Source: an uncultured bacterium
GTDB taxonomy: Bacteria > Krumholzibacteriota > Krumholzibacteriia > LZORAL124-64-63
DNA: 64,000 bases
NCBI GenBank assembly: GCA_963732385.1
Contig: CAVSZB010000008.1
Location: 256,001-320,000 of the forward strand
Direction of reading: 5' to 3'
Positions 28,427 to 37,464 of this stretch are shown one piece after another. A program made the translations under genes and the position numbers. The stretch's first letter is position 1, and each line of letters starts with the position of its first letter. The notes beneath the pieces were generated by a model. That model searched no databases. It saw only the letters and a program-made list of their open reading frames with translations, and was not told the origin of the DNA.

Positions 28427-29278
28427 GTGTCCACCTTGCGCCGCACCACCCTGCTCTGGATCGTCGCCTGGCTCCTGACCCTCGGGTCGGCCGTCTGGCA
28501 GCGCCGGTCGGGCCCAACCTATCCGGTCCGCGTCCGGGCCGCGGTGGGCGCGGCTCCTGTACGGGCCAAATTGTTGAAATCACACAATATATCATCAGGC
28601 TTGCCGGTCGTCGTGACGGCTGCGGATCGGGCGGTCGCCGGCGATGTCATCTGGCGCCGTTATCCGACCGACGACCCGTGGAGCTCCCTGCCGCTGGTGC
28701 GGGACGGGGATAAACTGGCCGCGACCCTCCCCGCCCAGCCGATGGCGGGCAAGCTCGTCTACCGGGTGGCGCTGCGCCGAGCCAACCCTGCGGGCGGGGT
28801 GGAAGCGGGCGCGACCCTGCCGGAGGGAGATCCGGTGGTGGCGCGCTTCAAGGGGGACGTGCCGCTGCCGCTGCTGATCGTGCACGTCGGGGTGATCTTC
28901 TCGGCGATGCTCTGGGCGGCGCGCGCCGGCCTCGAGGCGCTCACGCGCGGTCCGTGTCTGCGGGGCCTCGTCGCCGCGGCGGCCATGCTGATGCTCGTCG
29001 GGGGAATGATCCTCGGGCCGTTCGTGCAGAAGGCCGCGTTCGACGCCTACTGGACCGGCTGGCCCTTCGGCCACGATCTCACCGACAACAAGGTCGCGCT
29101 GGCGATGCTGCTGTGGATCATCGCCTGGTGGCGGGGGCGTCGCGACAGTCGCGACGCGCGGGACTGGACGCTGGTCGCGTCATTCGTCACGCTGGTGATC
29201 TTCGTCGTGCCGCACAGTCTGTTCGGGTCGCAGTTCGACTATGCCGCCGCCCCGCCGCCGCCGGTGCCGCGGCCCTGA
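28427..29278 (+). CDS. Hypothetical membrane protein
   Basis: N-terminal TM, soluble beta domain, then four TM helices with QKAAFDAYWTGWPFGHDLTDNK; GAGG RBS before GTG. Confidence 0.7.
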   Translation: MSTLRRTTLLWIVAWLLTLGSAVWQRRSGPTYPVRVRAAVGAAPVRAKLLKSHNISSGLPVVVTAADRAVAGDVIWRRYPTDDPWSSLPLVRDGDKLAATLPAQPMAGKLVYRVALRRANPAGGVEAGATLPEGDPVVARFKGDVPLPLLIVHVGVIFSAMLWAARAGLEALTRGPCLRGLVAAAAMLMLVGGMILGPFVQKAAFDAYWTGWPFGHDLTDNKVALAMLLWIIAWWRGRRDSRDARDWTLVASFVTLVIFVVPHSLFGSQFDYAAAPPPPVPRP

Positions 29279-29301
29279 CCAGGCGCCACGCCCGTCCGGT
29301 G

Positions 29302-30141
29302 TCAAGCGACGAACTCGAGCCGATCGACGGGCGGCACGAGGCCGGCGGCGTGGCCGCGGTCGAGCAGTTCGCGGATGGCGGCCCGTCCCCGCTCGCCGTA
29401 GTCGAGGGTCCAGTCGTTGACGTACATGCCGACGAAACGGTCGGCGAGTTTCCGGTCGAGGCCGCGACCCCAGCCGAGCGCGTGGGCCAGGGCCTCTTCG
29501 CGGTGCGCCAGGCCGAGCCGGATGCTGGCGGTAAGCAGATCGCTGATCTCGCTGCGGCGCGCCGGCGCGTGCCGCTTGTGGATGGCGTTGGCGCCCAGCG
29601 GCAGCGGCAGGCCGGTCTCGTGCTGCCACCAGACGCCCAGATCGAGGCAGCAGTGCAGCCCCTCGTCGCCGAAGGTGAGCTGTCCCTCGTGGATGATCAG
29701 ACCGGCGGCGAATTCCCCCGTCTTCACGCGGGGCAGGATCTCGTCGAACGGCACCACGACGTGACGGAACTCCCCGATCGCCAGCCGGAGCGCCAGCCAG
29801 GCGCTCGTCAGCAGGCCCGGCACGGCGATCGTGATCCCGGCCAGCTCCGCCAGGGGGATCGCGCGCGGCGCCACGACCAGCGGTCCGTAGCCGTCGCCCA
29901 TGCTGGCCCCCGCGGGCAACAGCGCGTAGGTGTCGCATACGTGGGCGTAGGCATGCACCGAGATGGCGGTGATGTCCAGCTCGCCGCGCCGCGCCCGGTC
30001 GTTGAGGGTCTGGATGTCCTGCAGGACGTGCGTGAAGCGGTAGGGGCCCGTGGCGAGGCGGCCCTTGGCCAGCGCCCAGAACATGAAGGCATCGTCGGGG
30101 TCGGGGGAGTGGCCGAGAGTCAGCTCGACGACGTCGTTCAT
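29302..30141 (-). CDS. mqnD: 1,4-dihydroxy-6-naphthoate synthase (futalosine menaquinone pathway)
   Basis: LGHSPDPDDAFMFWAL, DIQTLN, SMGDGYGP, IIHEGQLT, LPLPLG, FVGMYVN. Confidence 0.85.
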   Translation of the reverse strand: MNDVVELTLGHSPDPDDAFMFWALAKGRLATGPYRFTHVLQDIQTLNDRARRGELDITAISVHAYAHVCDTYALLPAGASMGDGYGPLVVAPRAIPLAELAGITIAVPGLLTSAWLALRLAIGEFRHVVVPFDEILPRVKTGEFAAGLIIHEGQLTFGDEGLHCCLDLGVWWQHETGLPLPLGANAIHKRHAPARRSEISDLLTASIRLGLAHREEALAHALGWGRGLDRKLADRFVGMYVNDWTLDYGERGRAAIRELLDRGHAAGLVPPVDRLEFVA

Positions 30142-31301
30142 GCCTTCCTCCGGGGACGGCGGGCCGGCGGGTCGTCCTGCCGGTCGCGGTTGCTGCGGCG
30201 GAGGCGGGCCAGCAGGGCCAGCGCCACCATGGCGAAGGCGACGATGACCACCAGCCAGCCGGCCAGACTCATGCCGATGCGGCGGACCTGCGTCAGCGGG
30301 GCCTTAATTCTGTCCGGCGCGCCGTCGCCGTCCTGAGCCCGCGCGGCGATGCGCGGCGACGAGCCGCCCTGCACAGTCCAGCGCAGCTCAAGGTCGGCGG
30401 CGAGCGCGGGGCCGGTCCAGAGGCGGCAGCCGGTGTCCGAGTCCTCGCCCGCGTCGGTGAAGCCGCCATCGATCCTCAGGTCGGCCGGCGAGGCGAGCAG
30501 CGTGAGTTTCGCCACCGGCAGGCTGGCCGCCAGCGCCAGGCGCGCGCGTCCGTTGTAGGGGAGCGACGTGGTCACGCGCAGCCGCGTCGTGCCCGAGCGC
30601 AGCGGCACCGCGAGTGCGGCGCGGCCGGGCGCCTGACCCGCCATCGCGGCGGTCTTCTGAGGCGCCGCTCCCGACAGCACCTCGAACGCCGCGCCCACTG
30701 CGCCGTCGGGCAGCAGCAGTTCGAAACTCGTCGGGTCGGGCAGCACCGTGCGTTGCGGGCTGGCGCTGTTCGTGATCGTGATCAGGTACTCGAGCTGCAG
30801 ATCGGTCTCGGCCCGCCTGACGTGCAGATTCAGTTCGGACACCGACACGCCCGCGCGATCGGTCGTCGTCTCGAAGACGTAGATCGTGAGCGGACCGGCG
30901 GCGAGATCGTGGCCGGTCGCCTGGGCGAAGTAGAGGGTGCCGTCGCTTTCGGCCTGCACCAGGTAGGTGCGCGTCTCGTCAAGGAAGAGGCGCCGCAGCA
31001 CCACCTGGCCGGTGACGTCGCGCTCGCTCGCCAGCGGCTGCCGGTTCGGGCCCGTTTCGAACAGCGTGAGCGACTCCGCGCGTCCGTCCGCGCGCGTCGT
31101 GCCGTTGACCACCCGGACGGTGACATCCACGGGCAGCAGCTCCGGATCCCCTTCGGCGTAGTCACGGTCGGCCGCGCCGCCGCCCGTCGCCCGCGCCGCG
31201 TCCCCGCCCGGCAGCGGGGTCACGGCCAGGGCCAGGGCCAGACCCCAGCCCAGCATGATCAGCGCCCGCTGATGCCCCTCGCCAAAGTCCGCCCGTCTCA
31301 T
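30138..31301 (-). CDS. Hypothetical exported protein with C-terminal membrane anchor
   Basis: Hydrophobic N-terminal signal, beta-rich body (VTVRVVNGTT...), C-terminal TM followed by RLRR; the stop overlaps the mqnD start (ATGA). Start uncertain. Confidence 0.55.
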   Translation of the reverse strand: MRRADFGEGHQRALIMLGWGLALALAVTPLPGGDAARATGGGAADRDYAEGDPELLPVDVTVRVVNGTTRADGRAESLTLFETGPNRQPLASERDVTGQVVLRRLFLDETRTYLVQAESDGTLYFAQATGHDLAAGPLTIYVFETTTDRAGVSVSELNLHVRRAETDLQLEYLITITNSASPQRTVLPDPTSFELLLPDGAVGAAFEVLSGAAPQKTAAMAGQAPGRAALAVPLRSGTTRLRVTTSLPYNGRARLALAASLPVAKLTLLASPADLRIDGGFTDAGEDSDTGCRLWTGPALAADLELRWTVQGGSSPRIAARAQDGDGAPDRIKAPLTQVRRIGMSLAGWLVVIVAFAMVALALLARLRRSNRDRQDDPPARRPRRKA

Positions 31302-31437
31302 TTCCGGCCTCCCTGCCGCCAGCCGCGGCGCGTGCCGCGCCTTGTCACTACTCCAGGCTTCCGGTATGCTCCGGCAACGATGCCCGGGGCTCCAGTATAG
31401 GCCAGACGGCCAGGATATCAACACGGCGGTCGCGAAG

Positions 31438-32379
31438 ATGCTGCTGGCGCGGGTGGCGATGATGGTGGTGCTGGCGACGGCCGCCTCAATGGCGCGGGCC
31501 GCGGGCGAGGTGCCCGCGCCTGCCGCCCAGCCCCTGGTGTCCTGGGGCCAGGAGACATGGCGTCTCGAACCGGGCGAGACGTTCCAGTTCACCGTGACCT
31601 TCGCGCAGATCCCGGCGCGGGCCTGGCGTCTGGTGGTCGAAGGGGACCACGTGCAGAGCGATCTCCTGATCCGCCGCGTCGCCGACGGCTCGCTGTTCTA
31701 CGCGGTACGCAACGAATCGCGCCACGATGTGCCGGTGCCATGGGGACGCGGAGAGTCGATCGCGGTGGCCCTCAGCCCGGGCCGCACCGGCGGCGGGCTG
31801 TACACGGTGACGTTCCTCGGCCCGCCGCCCGAGGGGCTGCCCGCGAGCTATTCATACCGCGTCAACCGCGCTCTCGAGGCCTTCGAGGCGGGAGAGCGCG
31901 TGCGGGCGCGGCGGCTGTGCGAGCAGGCTCTGGCCGAGGATCCACAGGACGCCGACGCGACCGCGCTGATGGCGGCCTTCCGGCGCGACGATCGTCTCGC
32001 GGTGGCCGCGGACCGGCTCGCCGCGGGCGATGCCGCGGGCGCCCTGGCGCGCTGCGACAGCCTGCTGGCCGGCGATCCGGCGCTGCCGGACTGGGCGCAC
32101 GAACGCCTGCAACGGTGCCGCGGCGAGGCGCTGCAGGCGCTCGGACGGCCGTTCGAGGCGCTCGACGCCTTCACGCTCGGTCTCGCATTCAGCACCACCC
32201 CGCGCGATCGCGCCGAGGCGCACCTGCGCCTCGGACGCCTGTTCCGCGTGCTGGACAATCCGGTGCAGGCCCGCGAGGCGTTCGAGCTGGCGCGGCGCGA
32301 AGGACTGTCGCCTGACCTCGATGCCGAAGCGGCGCGGGCGCTGGCCGAACTCGCATCCGCCGAGCCCGGGAAGGACTGA
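31438..32379 (+). CDS. Exported TPR-containing protein
   Basis: Signal peptide ending ARA; N-terminal beta domain; TPR-like helices (AEAHLRLGRLFRVLDNPVQAREAFELA). Confidence 0.6.
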   Translation: MLLARVAMMVVLATAASMARAAGEVPAPAAQPLVSWGQETWRLEPGETFQFTVTFAQIPARAWRLVVEGDHVQSDLLIRRVADGSLFYAVRNESRHDVPVPWGRGESIAVALSPGRTGGGLYTVTFLGPPPEGLPASYSYRVNRALEAFEAGERVRARRLCEQALAEDPQDADATALMAAFRRDDRLAVAADRLAAGDAAGALARCDSLLAGDPALPDWAHERLQRCRGEALQALGRPFEALDAFTLGLAFSTTPRDRAEAHLRLGRLFRVLDNPVQAREAFELARREGLSPDLDAEAARALAELASAEPGKD

Positions 32380-32382
32380 ACG

Positions 32383-33537
32383 GTGCGCATCGCTCTGCTG
32401 GGCCCCGCGCCGCCGCTGCGCGGGGGCATCGCCACCTACTTCGCCATGCTCGCCCGCGTGCTCGATCAGCGGGGCCACACGCTCTTCTGGGCCTCCTTCC
32501 GCAAACAGTACCCGAAGTTCCTGTTTCCCGGCGGCGCCCAGGAGGGGGAGACGGCCCCGTGGCTGTGGCACGCCAATTCGCCGCGTTTCGTGCCGTGGTC
32601 GCCGTGGAGCTGGTGGCGCACCTTCCGCGATCTGCGCGCCTTCGCGCCCGACGCCGTCATCATCAAGTACTGGATCCCCTTCTTCGCCCCCGGTTTCGCG
32701 GCGGTGATCTGGCTGCTGCGGCGCGGCACGCGCGCGCGCGTCATCTATGTCCTGGACAATGTCATCGCGCATGAGAAGTACCCCTTCGGCACGCTGCTCA
32801 CACGGTTGGCGCTGCGGAAGGGACACGCCTGGATCGCGCAGTCGGAACAGGTCCGGCGCGATCTGTTCACGGTCCTGCCGCGCACCGATCCGGAGCGCGT
32901 CGTTCTCGCTCCGCATCCCGTGTACGATTTCGGCGCCCCGGGACGCCCACGCCCCGACCGCGCGCAGGCCCGCGCCCGGCTCGGCCTGTCGGCGGCGCCG
33001 CACCTGGTCCTCTGCTTCGGTTTCATCAAGCCGTACAAGGGTGTGGCGCATCTGATCGAAGCGGCGCCGGCGCTGAAGCAACGGTTCGGCGCGGGTCTGC
33101 AGATTCTGGTGGTGGGCGACATCTACGGCGACCGCCGCCCCTACTTCGACCTGGTCGAGCGGCTCGGCGTGGGGGACACTCTGCGCATCATTGACGACTT
33201 CGTCCCGGACGAGACTGTCGAGGCGTATTTCTGCGCCGCCGACCTGGTCGTGCTGCCGTACGTGACGGCGACGCAGAGCGGCATCGTGCAGATCGCCTAC
33301 AACTACGATACGCCGGTCGTGACCACGAACGTGGGGGGCCTGCCCGAGGTCGTCATCGACGGCGAAACCGGCTTCCTCGTGCCGCCGGCCGATCCGCCCG
33401 CGCTCGCCGCCGCGATCACGCGCTTCTTCGACGGCGATCATGCCGCCGCCTTCGCGGCCGGGATCGCGCGCGAGAAGGCGAAGTACTCGTGGGCGCGGAT
33501 GGCCGAGACGATCGAGCGGCTGGCGGCGGCGCCCTGA
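32383..33537 (+). CDS. Glycosyltransferase family 4
   Basis: PPLRGGIA, FGFIKPYKG, ADLVVLPYVTATQSG, TNVGGLPEVVIDGETGFLVPP. Confidence 0.92.
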   Translation: MRIALLGPAPPLRGGIATYFAMLARVLDQRGHTLFWASFRKQYPKFLFPGGAQEGETAPWLWHANSPRFVPWSPWSWWRTFRDLRAFAPDAVIIKYWIPFFAPGFAAVIWLLRRGTRARVIYVLDNVIAHEKYPFGTLLTRLALRKGHAWIAQSEQVRRDLFTVLPRTDPERVVLAPHPVYDFGAPGRPRPDRAQARARLGLSAAPHLVLCFGFIKPYKGVAHLIEAAPALKQRFGAGLQILVVGDIYGDRRPYFDLVERLGVGDTLRIIDDFVPDETVEAYFCAADLVVLPYVTATQSGIVQIAYNYDTPVVTTNVGGLPEVVIDGETGFLVPPADPPALAAAITRFFDGDHAAAFAAGIAREKAKYSWARMAETIERLAAAP

Positions 33538-33545
33538 CGTTCCGC

Positions 33546-34578
33546 TCAGGTCCAGCGGAACAGTTTCACGGTGGCGACGAAGCTGACCAGCCCCCATGCC
33601 GCCATCACGGCCAGTTCCCCGCCCAACGTCGACAGTGGCCGGCCCTCCAGCATCACCGCGCGCAGGGCGTCGTTGGTCGCCGTCAGCGGCAGCGCCTGGA
33701 TCAGCGGCTGCAGCGCGGCGGGGAAGCGGCTGGTGGCGAAGAAGACGCCGCTCATGACCAGCATCGGCATCTGGATCAGGTTGATCAGGCCCGAGGCGGT
33801 CTCCATGGTCTGCGCGCGGGAGGCGAGGAGGGCGCCGAGGGCGCTGAAACAGGCGGTGCCCAGGATGATGACGATGGCCAGGTCGAGCAGGCTGCCGCGC
33901 AGCGGGATCCGGAACAGCAGGTGGGTGAGGCCGAGCAGGGCGGCGGTCTCCAGGGGGACGAACACGGCGCGGGCGAGCATCTGGCCGAGGACGAAGTCGG
34001 CGCGGCGCAGCGGCGACGCGGTGAAGCGCTTCAGCAGGCGTTTCATCCGCAGGTCGACGATCGCCCACCCGAGGCCCCACAGGCCGCCGCTCAGGAGGTT
34101 CATGCCGAGCAGTCCCGGCACGAGGAAGTCCACGTAACGCGAGCCCGGTTCGGTCACGGTCTCGGTGGTCGTGGCGAGGCGGTCGACGCGGCCGGCGGCG
34201 CGCTGGAGCGCGGCGTCGACGATCGCCATGGCGAGCGGCCCCTCGGCGCGCGCGGGGTCGTAGCGGTAGACGAGCGGTTCGCCCGCCGCCACGACGATGT
34301 CGGCGCGGCCGGAGCGCAGAGCGCGGGCGGCGTCGCCGGCGGGCAGGACCTCGACCCGCACGCGGGGGTCGCGGCGCAGGCGCGCGGCGAGGCTGTCGGC
34401 GGCGGCCTCGCGACCCGTCTCCCGCGCGACCACGGCGGGGATCGGGCCGGGCCGGCGCTCACGGAACGCCAGCCCGAGCACGGCCGCCAGCAGCACCGGG
34501 AAGATGAACGCCCAGAAGACGATCTCCGGCTGGCGGGCGGTTTCGCGCAGCCGCATCAGCATGATCTCGCGCACCGGG

Positions 34579-34586
<8 letters not shown>
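33546..34586 (-). CDS. ABC-2 type exporter permease
   Basis: FWAFIFP, RYVDFLVPGLLGM, LKRFTASPL, SGVFF, LPLT. Confidence 0.9.
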
Positions 34587-35519
<933 letters not shown>

Positions 35520-35523
<4 letters not shown>

Positions 35524-36176
35524 GGCTGGTGAGCGTACGGCGGGCGGGCGCCGGGCGCCAGCGGGAGCCGGAGCACGAAGCTCGCCGGGTCGTGGAAATC
35601 GGGTGGGCCGTCGGCGTGCCGGAGCGCCCAGCAGGAGAGGACGCCCCGGGTGTCCTCCACCACCGCAGCGAGGCCGAGCCGCAGCGGCGCCTCGCGGAGC
35701 CGCGGGTCCAGGGGCGCGAGGTCGAGCGTTGCCGTGAGGTCGAGGCGGGTGTCGTATCGGCGCACGACGATCCGCGGCGCGGTCGGTTCGCCGCCGAGCG
35801 GACCGCCGTCGCGCCGGCTCCGGAAGGCGTGCAGGTCCCAGGCCCGCGTCGGGGAGAGGTTGAGTTCGTGGTACGCTGGCTCATCTGCTTCTCCGGGCGC
35901 GATGAACGCCTCGAAACAGGTGTGCCGCCAGAGGCCGGCCGCCCTGGTCGGCGGGCCGGGCGGGGGGAGGTCCAGGCCGGACAGCCGTCCCGTGAGCACG
36001 AACCTCAGCGCGAGTCGTCCGTCGCCGGTGCGGGTCGCGCGCGCCGCCAGGCGACCGATCGCGTCACACGGCGTATCGGGATGATGGGCGAGGGGGAGTA
36101 GTCGCCCGTCGTCCCCGGTCGGGAGTATGGCGCTCAAGACGTTGCTGGCCTCCTCCGCGCCGATGCGCGGTTCCAT
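35520..36176 (-). CDS. DOMON-like domain protein
   Basis: GLWRHTCFEAF, YHELNLSP and WALRHADGPPDFH match this family; ATGA overlap with the ABC gene. Start uncertain. Confidence 0.7.
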
Positions 36177-36268
36177 CTCCAAAAATTATGATTGACCAGC
36201 ATATTCAAAACAATCAAGACAATACCCCGATCAAACTGTTCCTGCTTCTTCGGGAAAGGAGAGTCGGT

Positions 36269-37198
36269 ATGACGAAGACCGTGTCTGTCCTGTGCCTCGC
36301 CGGTCTGATCGTCCTCGCCGGATGCAGCAGCCAGCAGGATCCCGTCGGCGTGTCGAACGAGAGGAGCGATGCCGCCCGGCCGGTGTGGGACGAATCGCAG
36401 GCCTCCTGCAGGATCGACGCGCCTTCGCCCGCGCTGGTGACCGATCCCGTTCAGGACCTCAAGTGGTCACAGCTGACGCACAAGAAGATCGTCTCGATCG
36501 CGGCCGCCAAGTGGGGGCTGTCGACGGCGCGCGTGACCAACCTGACCGCGGCCTCGGAGATGCCGGACGTCTACCAGTCGGGCCTCGACGCGGCCTTCAA
36601 CCAGCAGTGGTCGCACGCCTTCATGCTGACGTCGTATGGCTGGTGGTACTGGGGCGACGCCGATGACGACTTCTACGACAACATCAACCAGTCCAGCGGC
36701 GAAATCGAAAGCCCGGAAGGCTACAAGGGTCTGTCGGCCAAATACTATTATCAGGCCGCCAACCAGTACATGGGCGACTGGTACCTGGGCTACGCCTGTC
36801 ACTACATCGAGGACGTCTGCCTGGTTCTCCACACCACGATTCCCGACTGGTACATGGCCACGAAGCACTTCGCCTTCGAGACCTGGGTGGAGAACAACCT
36901 CACCGCCGGCTGGAAGCTGCTCGACGCGGTCACCGCCGACAACAGCTATTACATCGTGAGCGATCCCAAGACCGCGGTCAACCAGGCGGCCTATTACACC
37001 TCCGGTTATTACAGCAGCGTGGCCGGCAGGAAAGCCTGGGACGCCTACGTGGCCAGCGGTTTCCCGACCGCCGCCGGCACCGGCAACTCGACGCTGGTCT
37101 ACTACACGAAGTCGATGCTGGTCGACGCCGGCCGCTACGTGAAGGGGACCATCAAGTACACGCTGGACAAGTACGGACAGTGGACCAGCCGGTATTGA
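36269..37198 (+). CDS. Zn-dependent phospholipase C / P1-nuclease-fold lipoprotein
   Basis: ATG 36269 after AAGGAG; lipobox LAG-C; putative Zn ligands W(SQLT)H, PD, H, HYIED, LH and H(FAF)E. Confidence 0.7.
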   Translation: MTKTVSVLCLAGLIVLAGCSSQQDPVGVSNERSDAARPVWDESQASCRIDAPSPALVTDPVQDLKWSQLTHKKIVSIAAAKWGLSTARVTNLTAASEMPDVYQSGLDAAFNQQWSHAFMLTSYGWWYWGDADDDFYDNINQSSGEIESPEGYKGLSAKYYYQAANQYMGDWYLGYACHYIEDVCLVLHTTIPDWYMATKHFAFETWVENNLTAGWKLLDAVTADNSYYIVSDPKTAVNQAAYYTSGYYSSVAGRKAWDAYVASGFPTAAGTGNSTLVYYTKSMLVDAGRYVKGTIKYTLDKYGQWTSRY

Positions 37199-37256
37199 GC
37201 CGCTGGAACCGAGCGGCGTCCCCGGACGGGGTCGCCGCGACGGACGCGGTTGCGGG

Positions 37257-37289
37257 GACGGGGCGGGGCGCGGGGCGTCCCGCCCCGTC
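37257..37289 (+). terminator. Strong hairpin downstream of the phospholipase C gene
   Basis: GACGGGGCGGGGCGC / GCGTCCCGCCCCGTC, a 15-bp stem with one G-U pair; no U tract. Confidence 0.45.
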
Positions 37290-37335
37290 GTCTGAGGGCC
37301 GGCGCGGCGGGCGTCCGGAAACGCCGCCCCGCGCC

Positions 37336-37364
37336 TTGACAGCAGGTGCCCGCCTACTTATCGT
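37336..37364 (+). promoter_or_regulatory. Sigma70-type promoter for the NO reductase gene
   Basis: TTGACA (37336-37341), 17-nt spacer, TATCGT (37359-37364). Confidence 0.5.
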
Positions 37365-37464
37365 GGCCGCAGGGCAATCAGACAAAAAAGATCCGTTATT
37401 CCCGGTTTCGCTGTCCGGTCGCCGGAGGGGCGGCGGCGCGCGGTGGCGAGCGAGGAGGTCGGTG

